Positions 1-8,555 of a stretch of DNA of 44,910 nt are shown piece by piece; the stretch's first letter is position 1; each line of letters opens with the position of its first letter. The DNA comes from Candidatus Heimdallarchaeota archaeon. GTDB taxonomy: Archaea; Asgardarchaeota; Heimdallarchaeia; Heimdallarchaeales; Heimdallarchaeaceae. The notes under the pieces were generated by a model. It saw only the letters and a program-made list of their open reading frames with translations, was not told the DNA's origin and ran no database searches. A program made the translations under genes and the position numbers. Location: assembly GCA_021399395.1 (NCBI GenBank), contig JAAFKJ010000021.1, positions 1 to 44,910 on the forward strand. Reading direction: 5' to 3'.

Positions 1-297
1 ACGGTTATCAAATCGAATATTGCTATTAATCTCGAAGAGGAAGTCACTAACCAAGTCACTCTAGAGGAGATAATTGAAGAGTTTAACAAAATCTCTCCGG
101 TCTTAAATGAACATTTATCTTTACTTACACGAGAACAAGAAGAGGAATATATCGATATGTGGAAAGGAAAAATGGAGAGACGTGTTTATATAGTTCGTTT
201 AATCAACCACGAACACAGACATTTAGGACAAATACAGTGGTTACTCAAACGTTCAACTGGTTGGACTGATAAAGAAATTTATGAGGGAAACAACTAG
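1..297 (+). CDS. DinB/DUF664-like four-helix protein, 3' part (truncated by window edge)
   Basis: Frame 1 is open from base 1 to TAG 295-297: ...RLINHEHRHLGQIQWLLKR..., matching the DinB H-x3-H-x-G-Q motif. Not in the ORF track. Confidence 0.7.
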   Translation, partial: TVIKSNIAINLEEEVTNQVTLEEIIEEFNKISPVLNEHLSLLTREQEEEYIDMWKGKMERRVYIVRLINHEHRHLGQIQWLLKRSTGWTDKEIYEGNN

Positions 298-304
298 TAT
301 TTTT

Positions 305-1063
305 TCACAATATAAATTCTGCAGGATCTGGTTCTACTAACGTTCGAAAATGTTTTTGTCTGTATACATAAGATGCATAGATAGGTATCCCTCTTTTCAC
401 TGTTTTCCATTTATTCTGCGGTTCGCCTAGTCTTAACTGAGGTATTTCTTCATAGTTTTCATTAAAATCCCATTTTCCTTCTTCTTTTCTTCTATAGCAT
501 GTGCCTTTAGTTTTTTCAAATTCTTTTGTTATTTCTTTTGCTTCATCTGCTCTTATCCTTGCAAGAACAGTTCTTTTTTCACTTGGATTTATTATAGAAA
601 TACCATAGACAGGAGGTACGATTATAGCATCAAATTTCTGAACTCTTAACAAAACAGCGTCTTTTACTTGCTCATGTTTTTCTCCTGGTTGTTGCAGTAA
701 AATTTCAGCATACCCATCTACAACCTGATAGATTTCTGGATAATTGTAACCGTTCTCGGCTAAAGACCTGTAATAACCTAGAGTACTTTTGAAGGTTTCA
801 CCCAATATGCCAGGTTGAACAATCACTACATCAAAACGGATATCATCCCATAGTTCTTTATCTTCAATTCGCCTTATTCCCTCATATACTCTGAAGGCTT
901 CCTCATCCTCATCCTTACCTTCCCATTGCTTCTGATTTAGATTTGACTCTATATCCTTTACTTTGTAAATTATTAGGTTTTTCACACTAATCTCGTTATT
1001 ATCATAGATGAGAGCTATTTCGTCACTCTCAACTGACAATCCAAGACTTTCCCTTAAATCCAT
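305..1063 (-). CDS. Cupin-type glucose-6-phosphate isomerase-like protein, probably catalytically inactive
   Basis: RFDVVIVQPGILGETFKSTLGYYR...YPEIYQVVDG...IIVPPVYGISIIN resembles cupin PGI motifs (GHxH, E, PPxxxH), but the His residues are replaced. Confidence 0.65.
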   Translation of the reverse strand: MDLRESLGLSVESDEIALIYDNNEISVKNLIIYKVKDIESNLNQKQWEGKDEDEEAFRVYEGIRRIEDKELWDDIRFDVVIVQPGILGETFKSTLGYYRSLAENGYNYPEIYQVVDGYAEILLQQPGEKHEQVKDAVLLRVQKFDAIIVPPVYGISIINPSEKRTVLARIRADEAKEITKEFEKTKGTCYRRKEEGKWDFNENYEEIPQLRLGEPQNKWKTVKRGIPIYASYVYRQKHFRTLVEPDPAEFIL

Positions 1064-1087
1064 CTATCTCTTCTCATTTGAGTTTAT

Positions 1088-1354
1088 TTAGAGCCTATAG
1101 AAATAATCTTCACCATCGTCGGTTATTTTCCAACTATCTAATGATCCTACTTGGAATTTTCTGAGATATTCCTTATCTGTTAAATCATTCAATATTTCCA
1201 AAATCATTTCAGGCTCTGCTTTTTCACCTTTAGGAGAGTATAAATTATTTATTTGAAATGTTACATCAGAGATGTTTAACCCCCTATTCAAAGATACGAA
1301 AATATCCAATAAATCTACTTCGACCTGTTCCTTAGTTACCATACTAATCAACAT
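1088..1354 (-). CDS. Small winged-helix domain protein
   Basis: C-terminal ILEILNDLTDKEYLRK...WKITDDGEDY is a typical wHTH wing (x-I-T-x-x-G). Start is probably ATG at 1354 or 1342 rather than the ORF-track 1495, which would cover the divergent promoter. Confidence 0.55.
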   Translation of the reverse strand: MLISMVTKEQVEVDLLDIFVSLNRGLNISDVTFQINNLYSPKGEKAEPEMILEILNDLTDKEYLRKFQVGSLDSWKITDDGEDYFYRL

Positions 1355-1514
1355 AATATCACATAATTCTTCTAAAAATTTTTCTCTGGTTTTCAAAGAA
1401 TAGTAAAAAATCGCATATCCAAAAAGATAATAAGAATTCTTTGTCCTATATCTCAACCATAATCGTCCATCTAGTAGGAGATTTTCGCTTAACATTATCC
1501 ATGAGGAGAAAAAT

Positions 1515-2783
1515 ATGACTCAACAAAAAGAAAAGAAGAGAACATCTGTTGAAAGATATATGTTGAAACACGAAATTGAGAAGCTAGAAGCCAGAAGAAG
1601 TTTCAATATGTCTACAAGTTTAATCTCCTTATACATCCCACCGGGCACAAGAATACCAGATATCACATCGCAACTAAAAAATGAATATGGAACTGCAACA
1701 AATATCAAAGATAAAAGTACAGGCAAAGCTATTCAATCTGCCATCTCATCAATTTTATCTAGGATGAAAAATGTCCAAAAAGCAGGGGAAAATGGTTTAG
1801 TTATTTTCTGTGGAATAACTCAAAGTAACAAAACAGAGTATTTTGCTATTGAACCTCCAGAACCAGTTGCTATCAAGTTATATCGCTGTGATCATATTTT
1901 CCTTGTTGATCACTTAAAGGATATTTTAGAAACCAAACAACGTTATGGAATAGTAATTGTAGCAAGGGGGGGTTCGACAATTGCATCTGTTCAAGGTTCC
2001 AAAGTTGACATTCATTGGGATGAAGATTCGCATGTTCCAGGGAAACATAGAATGGGTGGTCAATCAGCTGCACGTTTTCAAAGAGCTACAGATGAAGCAG
2101 CAAAAGCATGGTATGCTAAAACTGCAATCAAGATGAACGAAATATATTTGGAAAATAATCCGGTTGAAGCTATAATTGTAGGTGGTCCTGCACTGTCTAG
2201 ATCAAGATTTTTGGACAACAAAGAAGTTGACTTTCGTTTACGAGAGAAGGTTATTGGAGTATATGACGTTGGATATGAAGGATTACAAGGCATTAGAGAA
2301 TTATTAGAAAAAGCAGAAGATAAATTAGTAGATTTTGAGATTATAAGCGAAAAGAAACTGATGAAGAGATTTATGGAACATCTGGGAAAAGACTCAGGCT
2401 TAGCTACATATGGAGAAAAATTTGTTAAAGAAGCTTTAGAAAAAGGTGCAGTTGAAATTTTACTTGTTAGTGAAGATGTAGATCGAGTTACACTTGAGAT
2501 CAAATGTGGCAACTGTGAATATGTGAAGGAAGAATCCATCAAAACAAAAGATTACAATGAATTTATTAAAGATCTTTCAGATAGAAAATGTCCAGAATGC
2601 AGTAACTCACGCATGTATATTGAGAGCGAAAATGACTTAATTACTGAATTAAACAATCTTGCAAAAAAAGCAGATACTACACTTGAAGTAATATCAACAG
2701 ACCATGATGATGGATCTATACTCTATAATACATTTGGTGGGATAGCAGCAATTCTACGTTACAAGTTCTATGATAGTTACTAA
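1515..2783 (+). CDS. prf1: Peptide chain release factor aRF1
   Basis: SLISLYIPP, NIKD, YRCDHIF, GGQSAARF, Zn-ribbon minidomain, C-terminal FGGIAAILRY. Confidence 0.97.
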   Translation: MTQQKEKKRTSVERYMLKHEIEKLEARRSFNMSTSLISLYIPPGTRIPDITSQLKNEYGTATNIKDKSTGKAIQSAISSILSRMKNVQKAGENGLVIFCGITQSNKTEYFAIEPPEPVAIKLYRCDHIFLVDHLKDILETKQRYGIVIVARGGSTIASVQGSKVDIHWDEDSHVPGKHRMGGQSAARFQRATDEAAKAWYAKTAIKMNEIYLENNPVEAIIVGGPALSRSRFLDNKEVDFRLREKVIGVYDVGYEGLQGIRELLEKAEDKLVDFEIISEKKLMKRFMEHLGKDSGLATYGEKFVKEALEKGAVEILLVSEDVDRVTLEIKCGNCEYVKEESIKTKDYNEFIKDLSDRKCPECSNSRMYIESENDLITELNNLAKKADTTLEVISTDHDDGSILYNTFGGIAAILRYKFYDSY

Positions 2784-2801
2784 GAAAAGAAAGAAGAGAA
2801 A

Positions 2802-3497
2802 TTAATCAGAAACTAAAGTTCCAACGGTTTCTCCTTTTATTGCTTTGAATATATTAGACGGATCTTGACCGTTTGCAAACACTACTTTTAATCTTGATCT
2901 CTTTATTATCTCACAACCTACTCTATCAAACAGAGCATATTTTCCTGGCTCTTCCTCTTGTTTTGAGATTATTTCTAACAATTCCTCAGGTGTGACTTTA
3001 TCTAATTCTTTAGCATCTGGATACTTATTCGGATCTTTATCGAATACTTTATCCACATTTGTTAAATTGATTAGTAAATCAGCATCCCAGTATTCTGCTA
3101 CCAAGGCAGCAACCGCACTTGTTGATTGTCCTGGTTGCAATCCCCCTGTAACTACTATTTTACCAGAGGAAAGTGCTTTCCCTACTTCTTCAAAAGATCT
3201 TGGTACTAGTAAGTAAGCTTTGTTATGTAATGAAGCTATAATCAACAAAGCATGAATCCTTGTAGATTCAACAGCAAGAATATCTTTGAATGTTGCAGCA
3301 TGACCTAGAACATCACTTGCTTGAATAATCACTCGTGCTAGTTTACCCCCTCCTACAACGACAGCCACCTTATAACCGTCTTCGTGCAGTTGAGTTATAG
3401 TTTCAACTATTTCTTGAATTCTTTCTACATTCAAAATCATGTTTTCTTTGTATAAAACCGATCCGCCAAATTTTATTACAATCTTCTTCATATCCAT
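2802..3497 (-). CDS. pyrH: UMP kinase
   Basis: IKFGGS, VVGGG, PGQSTSAVAA, TNVDKVFDKDP: archaeal amino-acid-kinase-family UMP kinase. Confidence 0.93.
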   Translation of the reverse strand: MDMKKIVIKFGGSVLYKENMILNVERIQEIVETITQLHEDGYKVAVVVGGGKLARVIIQASDVLGHAATFKDILAVESTRIHALLIIASLHNKAYLLVPRSFEEVGKALSSGKIVVTGGLQPGQSTSAVAALVAEYWDADLLINLTNVDKVFDKDPNKYPDAKELDKVTPEELLEIISKQEEEPGKYALFDRVGCEIIKRSRLKVVFANGQDPSNIFKAIKGETVGTLVSD

Positions 3498-3632
3498 CGC
3501 TTAAGCCTACTTTGTTGCTATGATAAATAACGTTTTTTCTCTTTAATAGTATTTTTTAGAAAAAATACAACAAAAATGAGAACCTTTTTTAAGTAAATTT
3601 CAATGTTGCAAACATATTAATGAGGACTGCAA

Positions 3633-4946
3633 ATGGATATACATAAGAAAACTGAAATCAGCAAAGTGTTTTCAGGAGAACTAGAAGAGGTAACTATCGC
3701 CGGTTGGATTCAACAAGTTAGAGATCTTGGCGGTTTAAAGTTTCTTCAATTACAAGACAGATCTGGTGTTGTTCAGATTGTATTGCCAAAAAAGAAGGTT
3801 TCCCCAGAAATTTTTGAAATTGATTATCAAGAAGGAGACATACTACTGGTTAAAGGTGGGATTGTAGCCAATAACAGCGCACCCAAGGGGTTAGAAATCC
3901 TTCCTCAAGACATAGAAGTTCTAAATAAAAGAGCTCAAGAATATCCCATAGCAGTAACTGAGAAAATAGAAACTAATCCAGATAAAAGGTATGATTATCG
4001 TTTCTTAGATCTCAGAAACAGAAATGTTGCCCAAATATTTGAGATTGAAAGTACTGTTGCTTATGCACTTCAAGAATACTTCAACAAGAACAATTTTCTA
4101 CAATTTTTCTCTGCCAAGATTGTAGGTTCTGCAACTGAAAGTGGGGCAAATGTCTTTGAAATAGGGTATTTTGATAAGAAGGCATACTTAGCTCAATCTC
4201 CGCAGTTTTATAAGCAAATGATGTTAATGGCAGGATTTGAGAAAGTATTTGAAATTGGTCCTGTCTTCCGAGCTGAGAAGCATCATACATCAAGACATCT
4301 ATGTGAGTATACTTCCATTGATTTTGAAATATCATACATTAAAGACCAAGTTGATGTAATGAAGGTTCTTCAAGGCGCAATTTCATATACCATGGATACA
4401 ATAAAGAAAAACAGAGCACCAGTCTTAGAAGAATTAGAAGTTGTAATCGATGATCAACCCAAAGAATGGCCGATAGTCTCTATTCCAAAATGTAATGAAA
4501 TTTTGAGTAGTGAAGGCAAAGAGCTTGGACTGTATGAAGACTTAGATGCGGAAGCAGAGAAAATACTGGGTCAATACGCAAAGGAAAAATGGAAATCAGA
4601 TTTTGTATTCGTTGATCAATATCCTTGGGAAGTAAGACCATTCTATACTATGAAAGATGATGAAGATCCAAACTTAACCAAATCTTTTGATCTCTTGTAT
4701 AAGGGACAAGAACTAACTACTGGAGGACAAAGAGAGCATAGGGTTGACATCTTAACTAAACAAGCAACTGAAAAAGATTTCAAATTGAAGGATGTGGATA
4801 GTTATCTTCAGTTCTTCAGAAATGGAGCTCCACCTCATGGAGGAAGTGGCACTGGAATAGAAAGGTTTGTACAGAAAGTATTGAACCTTCAGAATGTTAG
4901 AGAAGCAAGATTACTTCCAAGAGATCCATCAAGATTACATCCATAA
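3633..4946 (+). CDS. aspS: Aspartyl-tRNA synthetase (archaeal type)
   Basis: OB-fold VRDLGG, RFLDLR, LAQSPQFYKQ, FRAEKHHTSRHL, GGQREH, PPHGG. Confidence 0.95.
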   Translation: MDIHKKTEISKVFSGELEEVTIAGWIQQVRDLGGLKFLQLQDRSGVVQIVLPKKKVSPEIFEIDYQEGDILLVKGGIVANNSAPKGLEILPQDIEVLNKRAQEYPIAVTEKIETNPDKRYDYRFLDLRNRNVAQIFEIESTVAYALQEYFNKNNFLQFFSAKIVGSATESGANVFEIGYFDKKAYLAQSPQFYKQMMLMAGFEKVFEIGPVFRAEKHHTSRHLCEYTSIDFEISYIKDQVDVMKVLQGAISYTMDTIKKNRAPVLEELEVVIDDQPKEWPIVSIPKCNEILSSEGKELGLYEDLDAEAEKILGQYAKEKWKSDFVFVDQYPWEVRPFYTMKDDEDPNLTKSFDLLYKGQELTTGGQREHRVDILTKQATEKDFKLKDVDSYLQFFRNGAPPHGGSGTGIERFVQKVLNLQNVREARLLPRDPSRLHP

Positions 4947-5025
4947 TTTTTGTTGGATAATTCAATCAACATGAAAAATCTTAAAAAACGAACATGTTTC
5001 ATAATAATAAGCATTTAATTTCAAT

Positions 5026-5154
5026 GCGGGGATAGCCAAGTGGCCAACGGCGGCGGACTTAAGATCTTGGTTCATACCGAAGATAAGGGTTAGAAAAAAA
5101 ATGAGAAATCCGTTCCTTAGTGGTTCGGGAGTTCGAATCTCCCTCCCCGCACCA
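5026..5154 (+). tRNA. tRNA-Leu(TAA) with 44-nt intron at 37/38 (5064-5107), CCA encoded
   Basis: GCGGGGA acceptor pairs with TCCCCGC-A-CCA; anticodon stem GCGGA/TCCGT; CT-TAA-G then intron; long variable arm; GTTCGAATC T-loop; BHB-like CTTA/TGAG helix with AAA bulge. Confidence 0.95.
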
Positions 5155-5284
5155 TTTTGTTTCACATTAAACTTTACGGTTTAACCCTTTTACTTCTCCT
5201 TTACAAGTGTTTAACCCATCAATTGAAGAATTGTTCTAAATAATTAAAAAAATGATTAAATAAAGCCCTTTCAATTATAGATTA

Positions 5285-6190
5285 GTGATAAATTTGAATA
5301 AACACGAAATACAAATGTATGAAGAACTCTTAGAGCTTCTTGAAAAGAGGTTTGATGATGGCGAGATTGATAAAAGCAATTACGCTGAGTTAAAGACACG
5401 ATATTTGCAAAAACTTGATACAGTTAAACAGAATCAAGAAATGCAAAAGGAAGCATCAAAAATTTACACTTCTGGAGTTAAATCAGTTACAGAAAGATCA
5501 TTAACAGCAGCAGGTTCTACACGAATTTCTGGTGGAGCAGTAAGGAAGGATATTCGTATTGCAGGATCTGGAAAAATTGATGGTGATGTAGAATGTAATA
5601 ACCTGAAGTCAGCTGGATCTTTGAAAAGTTTTGGAAACATCCTTGCTCACGGAGATGTTGGTTGTGCTGGATCTTTCAAATGCGCTGGGTCATTACACGG
5701 AGACAAAGATGCCAAATTCTCAGGATCCGCCAAGATAGAAGGAGAAGTAATAGTTAAAGGAAGAATTTCTGCAGCTGGAAGCTTCTCAAGTGGTAGTCTC
5801 ACTCAAGCAGAAAGAGGAGTCAAATTCTCAGGATCTGCAAAAATCCATGGAAGCCTTTTATCTCAAGGTTTAGTTGATATTGCAGGTAGAGTGGTGGTTG
5901 AAGGAGATTTAGTGGGAGAAGATGTCTTAATTAACAAAGGAAGACATGCTCATGGCCATAGATGGAAAAAACTCAAACCTTCTGTAATTGCAGGGAACAT
6001 TTTTGGAACTGGTGAAGTATATTTAGGCAATACTCGTGCAGAAGGAGATGTCAAAGGATTAAAGGTAGAAATTGGACCCTACTCCAAAGTTGAAGGTGCA
6101 ATCTACTATGTTGAGAGTATCGAAATAAATAACAAAGCTCACATAGAATCCGAGCCTGTTCAAATCAAAAGAGAGGATCTAAAGTTATAA
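5285..6190 (+). CDS. Bactofilin-like (polymer-forming cytoskeletal) beta-solenoid protein with N-terminal SHOCT-like helix
   Basis: Repeated (I/F)-x-G-S-x-x-I-x-G units of about 18 aa; C-terminal GDVKGLKVEIGPYSKVEGAIYY as in YhbE/YhbF-type bactofilins; N-terminal LEKRFDDGEIDKSNYAELKTRY. Start codon uncertain. Confidence 0.7.
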   Translation: MINLNKHEIQMYEELLELLEKRFDDGEIDKSNYAELKTRYLQKLDTVKQNQEMQKEASKIYTSGVKSVTERSLTAAGSTRISGGAVRKDIRIAGSGKIDGDVECNNLKSAGSLKSFGNILAHGDVGCAGSFKCAGSLHGDKDAKFSGSAKIEGEVIVKGRISAAGSFSSGSLTQAERGVKFSGSAKIHGSLLSQGLVDIAGRVVVEGDLVGEDVLINKGRHAHGHRWKKLKPSVIAGNIFGTGEVYLGNTRAEGDVKGLKVEIGPYSKVEGAIYYVESIEINNKAHIESEPVQIKREDLKL

Positions 6191-6208
6191 TAATAAGGAG
6201 AGATTAAA

Positions 6209-7105
6209 ATGGAAAACACACAAGAAAAAACAAATGAAAGTTATGAAAGAGCATTAATTAGCTCTGCAGGAAGTTTAAGAGAATCTGATACAGAGGTTAA
6301 AGTTTCTGGAGCCGCAAGTATATCTGGCGGAGAGATTCCAAAACAATTGAAAATATCTGGTTCAGGAAGAATAGAAGGTGATTTAAGGTGTCATGGATTA
6401 AAATCTTCAGGTTCTCTTCAAAGTGCAGGAAGCATTACTTCTCAAGGTTTTGTGAAAAGTTCTGGATCATTTAAGACAGAAGGAAGTCTTCAAGGAAATG
6501 ATGATGCAAAGTTTAGTGGATCAGCAAAAATCGGTCAGAATGCAACTATTGTTGGATCAGTAAAATCTTCAGGTTCTTTCAAGGTTGATGGAGATTTAGA
6601 TTTAGGTAACAATGCAAAGTTTAGTGGATCAGCAAAGATTGGAGGAGAAACATCTATACAAGGTTTTACAAAATCATCTGGATCATTCAAGATAAAGAGA
6701 AATCTACAAGCAGTTGGTGGATTAACCGCCCGTGGATATCTGGGGGTAAATGGTAATGTACTCTCTCAGAGTAATGTCTCAATACTAGGTGCCACTACAA
6801 TAGGTGGAAATTTGGTTGCTGAGAATATAGAAACCGACCCAACACGCTGGTACAACTTTCTGGGTTTTAGACGATTATTATCACGCAAGCACCCATACAA
6901 AGTTAATGGTAGTGTCTATGCGAAAAACAAAGTCAATCTAGGAAGAACAGCTGTAGAAGGAGAGGTTAAAGGTTTTGATGTCAAAATAGGAAGAAAAACA
7001 ATAGTAGGTGGACAAGTCTATTTTGTTAACTCCCTTAAAATTAGTCGTAGTGCAAAACTTTCTAGTGAGCCAATCCAAATTAAACCTGAAGAACTCAAAC
7101 TATAA
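6209..7105 (+). CDS. Bactofilin-like beta-solenoid protein, paralogue of the upstream gene
   Basis: KSSGSFK/AKFSGSAKIG repeats; same C-terminus as the upstream gene (EPIQIKPEELKL vs EPVQIKREDLKL); AAGGAG RBS. Confidence 0.7.
   Translation: MENTQEKTNESYERALISSAGSLRESDTEVKVSGAASISGGEIPKQLKISGSGRIEGDLRCHGLKSSGSLQSAGSITSQGFVKSSGSFKTEGSLQGNDDAKFSGSAKIGQNATIVGSVKSSGSFKVDGDLDLGNNAKFSGSAKIGGETSIQGFTKSSGSFKIKRNLQAVGGLTARGYLGVNGNVLSQSNVSILGATTIGGNLVAENIETDPTRWYNFLGFRRLLSRKHPYKVNGSVYAKNKVNLGRTAVEGEVKGFDVKIGRKTIVGGQVYFVNSLKISRSAKLSSEPIQIKPEELKL
6504..6636 (+). repeat. Intragenic 25-bp exact direct repeat, 108-bp (36-aa) period
   Basis: ATGCAAAGTTTAGTGGATCAGCAAA at 6504-6528 and 6612-6636. The upstream paralogue has CAAATTCTCAGGATC at 5713 and 5821, also 108 bp apart. 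Confidence 0.85.
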
Positions 7106-7188
7106 GGAGGCTTTAGCTTCTTCTTTTTCTCTTTTAACTTTAAACAAAATATTCTTTAATCTCTTTGTTTTCTTTCTTTTGATTATTT

Positions 7189-8532
7189 ATGTTAGGGAAA
7201 CTTGGCTCAGCTCTTAATACGGCTATCTCTAAAATACTTAGAGGAGGACCACCAGACAAAGACCAAATTCGTGAACTAAAGAATGCTATGCTTAAAGCCC
7301 TTTTAGAGGCAGATGTTCAATTCGATTTAGCAGCTGAAGTGGTGAATGAAGTTGAAACCAAATCAATGGATAAAAAACTCCCAGAAGGTCTTTCTCGTAA
7401 AAAAAGTGTACTATCAATCATACATGATGAGCTTACAAAATTCTTAGGAACAAAAGCTTACCCTCTAACATTGCATCCAAATAAACCAACAATCATCATG
7501 CTTGTAGGTATTCAAGGTTCAGGAAAAACAACAACAACTGCAAAGCTTGCTAAGCATATTCAAAAACGTGGTAAAAAGGTAGCAGTGGTTACAGTAGATA
7601 ATTTTAGACCGGGTGCATTTGAACAACTTCAACAATTGTGTTCATCTATTAAAGTGCCAGTTTATGGGGAACCTGATAACAAAAACGCCGTAAAAATTGC
7701 GGTAGATGGTGTCAAGAAGTTCTTAGATGAAAAGAATAATGTAATTATCATCGATACAGCTGGGCGTCACAAGGAAGAAAAAGCTCTGCTCAAAGAAATG
7801 AAAGAAATCGGAGATAAAATCAAACCAGATGAAATAATACTGGTGATTGATGGAAACTTAGGACAAGCAGCTAACGAACAAGCCCTCGCATTTTCCAAAT
7901 CCACCCAAATAGGTTCCATTATAGTTACAAAAATGGATGGGTCCGCAAAAGGAGGAGGCAGTCTTTCTGCTGCTGCAGCAACAAATGTTCCCATAAAGTT
8001 CCTAGCAGATGGAGAAAATATAGATGCTTTTGAAGAATTTAATCCTACATCCTTTGTTGGGAGGTTAATCGGTGTAGGTGATCTTGAAGGACTATTGAAG
8101 GAAGTTAGAGAACTCGAAGTACTACCCTCAAAAGAAGAAGCTATGAGTATGCTTAGCGGAAAGATTTCATATAGACAAATGATGGAGTTGTTAGATAATT
8201 TCAGTTCAACTGGTTCTTTGAAGAGAATGATGTCAATGATTCCAGGTCTAGGAATGACTATTGACGATAATATGATGGATCTTTCAAAAGAAAATATGAA
8301 GAAATTCAAAGTTATTATGTCCTCGATGACAAATGATGAGCTAGATGGGAAAATCAAACTAGGGAGTTCAAGAATTCAGCGTGTAGCCAAGGGTAGTGGT
8401 AGAACAATTGCAGAAGTTAAAGAATTGATCAATCAACATAAAATGATGACAAATCTAGTCAAGCGCATGCGTAAAGGACGACGTGGTGGAATGCAAATTC
8501 CTGGAATGCCTCCTGGACTACTAGGAGGATAA
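7189..8532 (+). CDS. srp54: Signal recognition particle 54 kDa protein
   Basis: GIQGSGKTTT, DNFRPGA, DTAGR, TKMD; Met-rich M domain with SRIQRVAKGSG. Confidence 0.97.
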   Translation: MLGKLGSALNTAISKILRGGPPDKDQIRELKNAMLKALLEADVQFDLAAEVVNEVETKSMDKKLPEGLSRKKSVLSIIHDELTKFLGTKAYPLTLHPNKPTIIMLVGIQGSGKTTTTAKLAKHIQKRGKKVAVVTVDNFRPGAFEQLQQLCSSIKVPVYGEPDNKNAVKIAVDGVKKFLDEKNNVIIIDTAGRHKEEKALLKEMKEIGDKIKPDEIILVIDGNLGQAANEQALAFSKSTQIGSIIVTKMDGSAKGGGSLSAAAATNVPIKFLADGENIDAFEEFNPTSFVGRLIGVGDLEGLLKEVRELEVLPSKEEAMSMLSGKISYRQMMELLDNFSSTGSLKRMMSMIPGLGMTIDDNMMDLSKENMKKFKVIMSSMTNDELDGKIKLGSSRIQRVAKGSGRTIAEVKELINQHKMMTNLVKRMRKGRRGGMQIPGMPPGLLGG

Positions 8533-8555
8533 GAACCCGTTTGTGTGAAAGCTTC

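Noticed and set aside
4962-5165. 67-aa minus-strand ORF
   Set aside because: It is the antisense reading of the tRNA-Leu gene.
5167-5217. GTTTAACCC repeated twice and a TTAAAC/GTTTAA inverted repeat downstream of tRNA-Leu(TAA)
   Set aside because: Too short to separate from chance; could be part of the promoter for the bactofilin-like pair but unsupported.
7767-8357. 196-aa antisense ORF within srp54, and the many similar Ser/Ile/Phe-rich antisense ORFs in the track
   Set aside because: Fully overlap well-supported genes on the opposite strand and carry no motifs.
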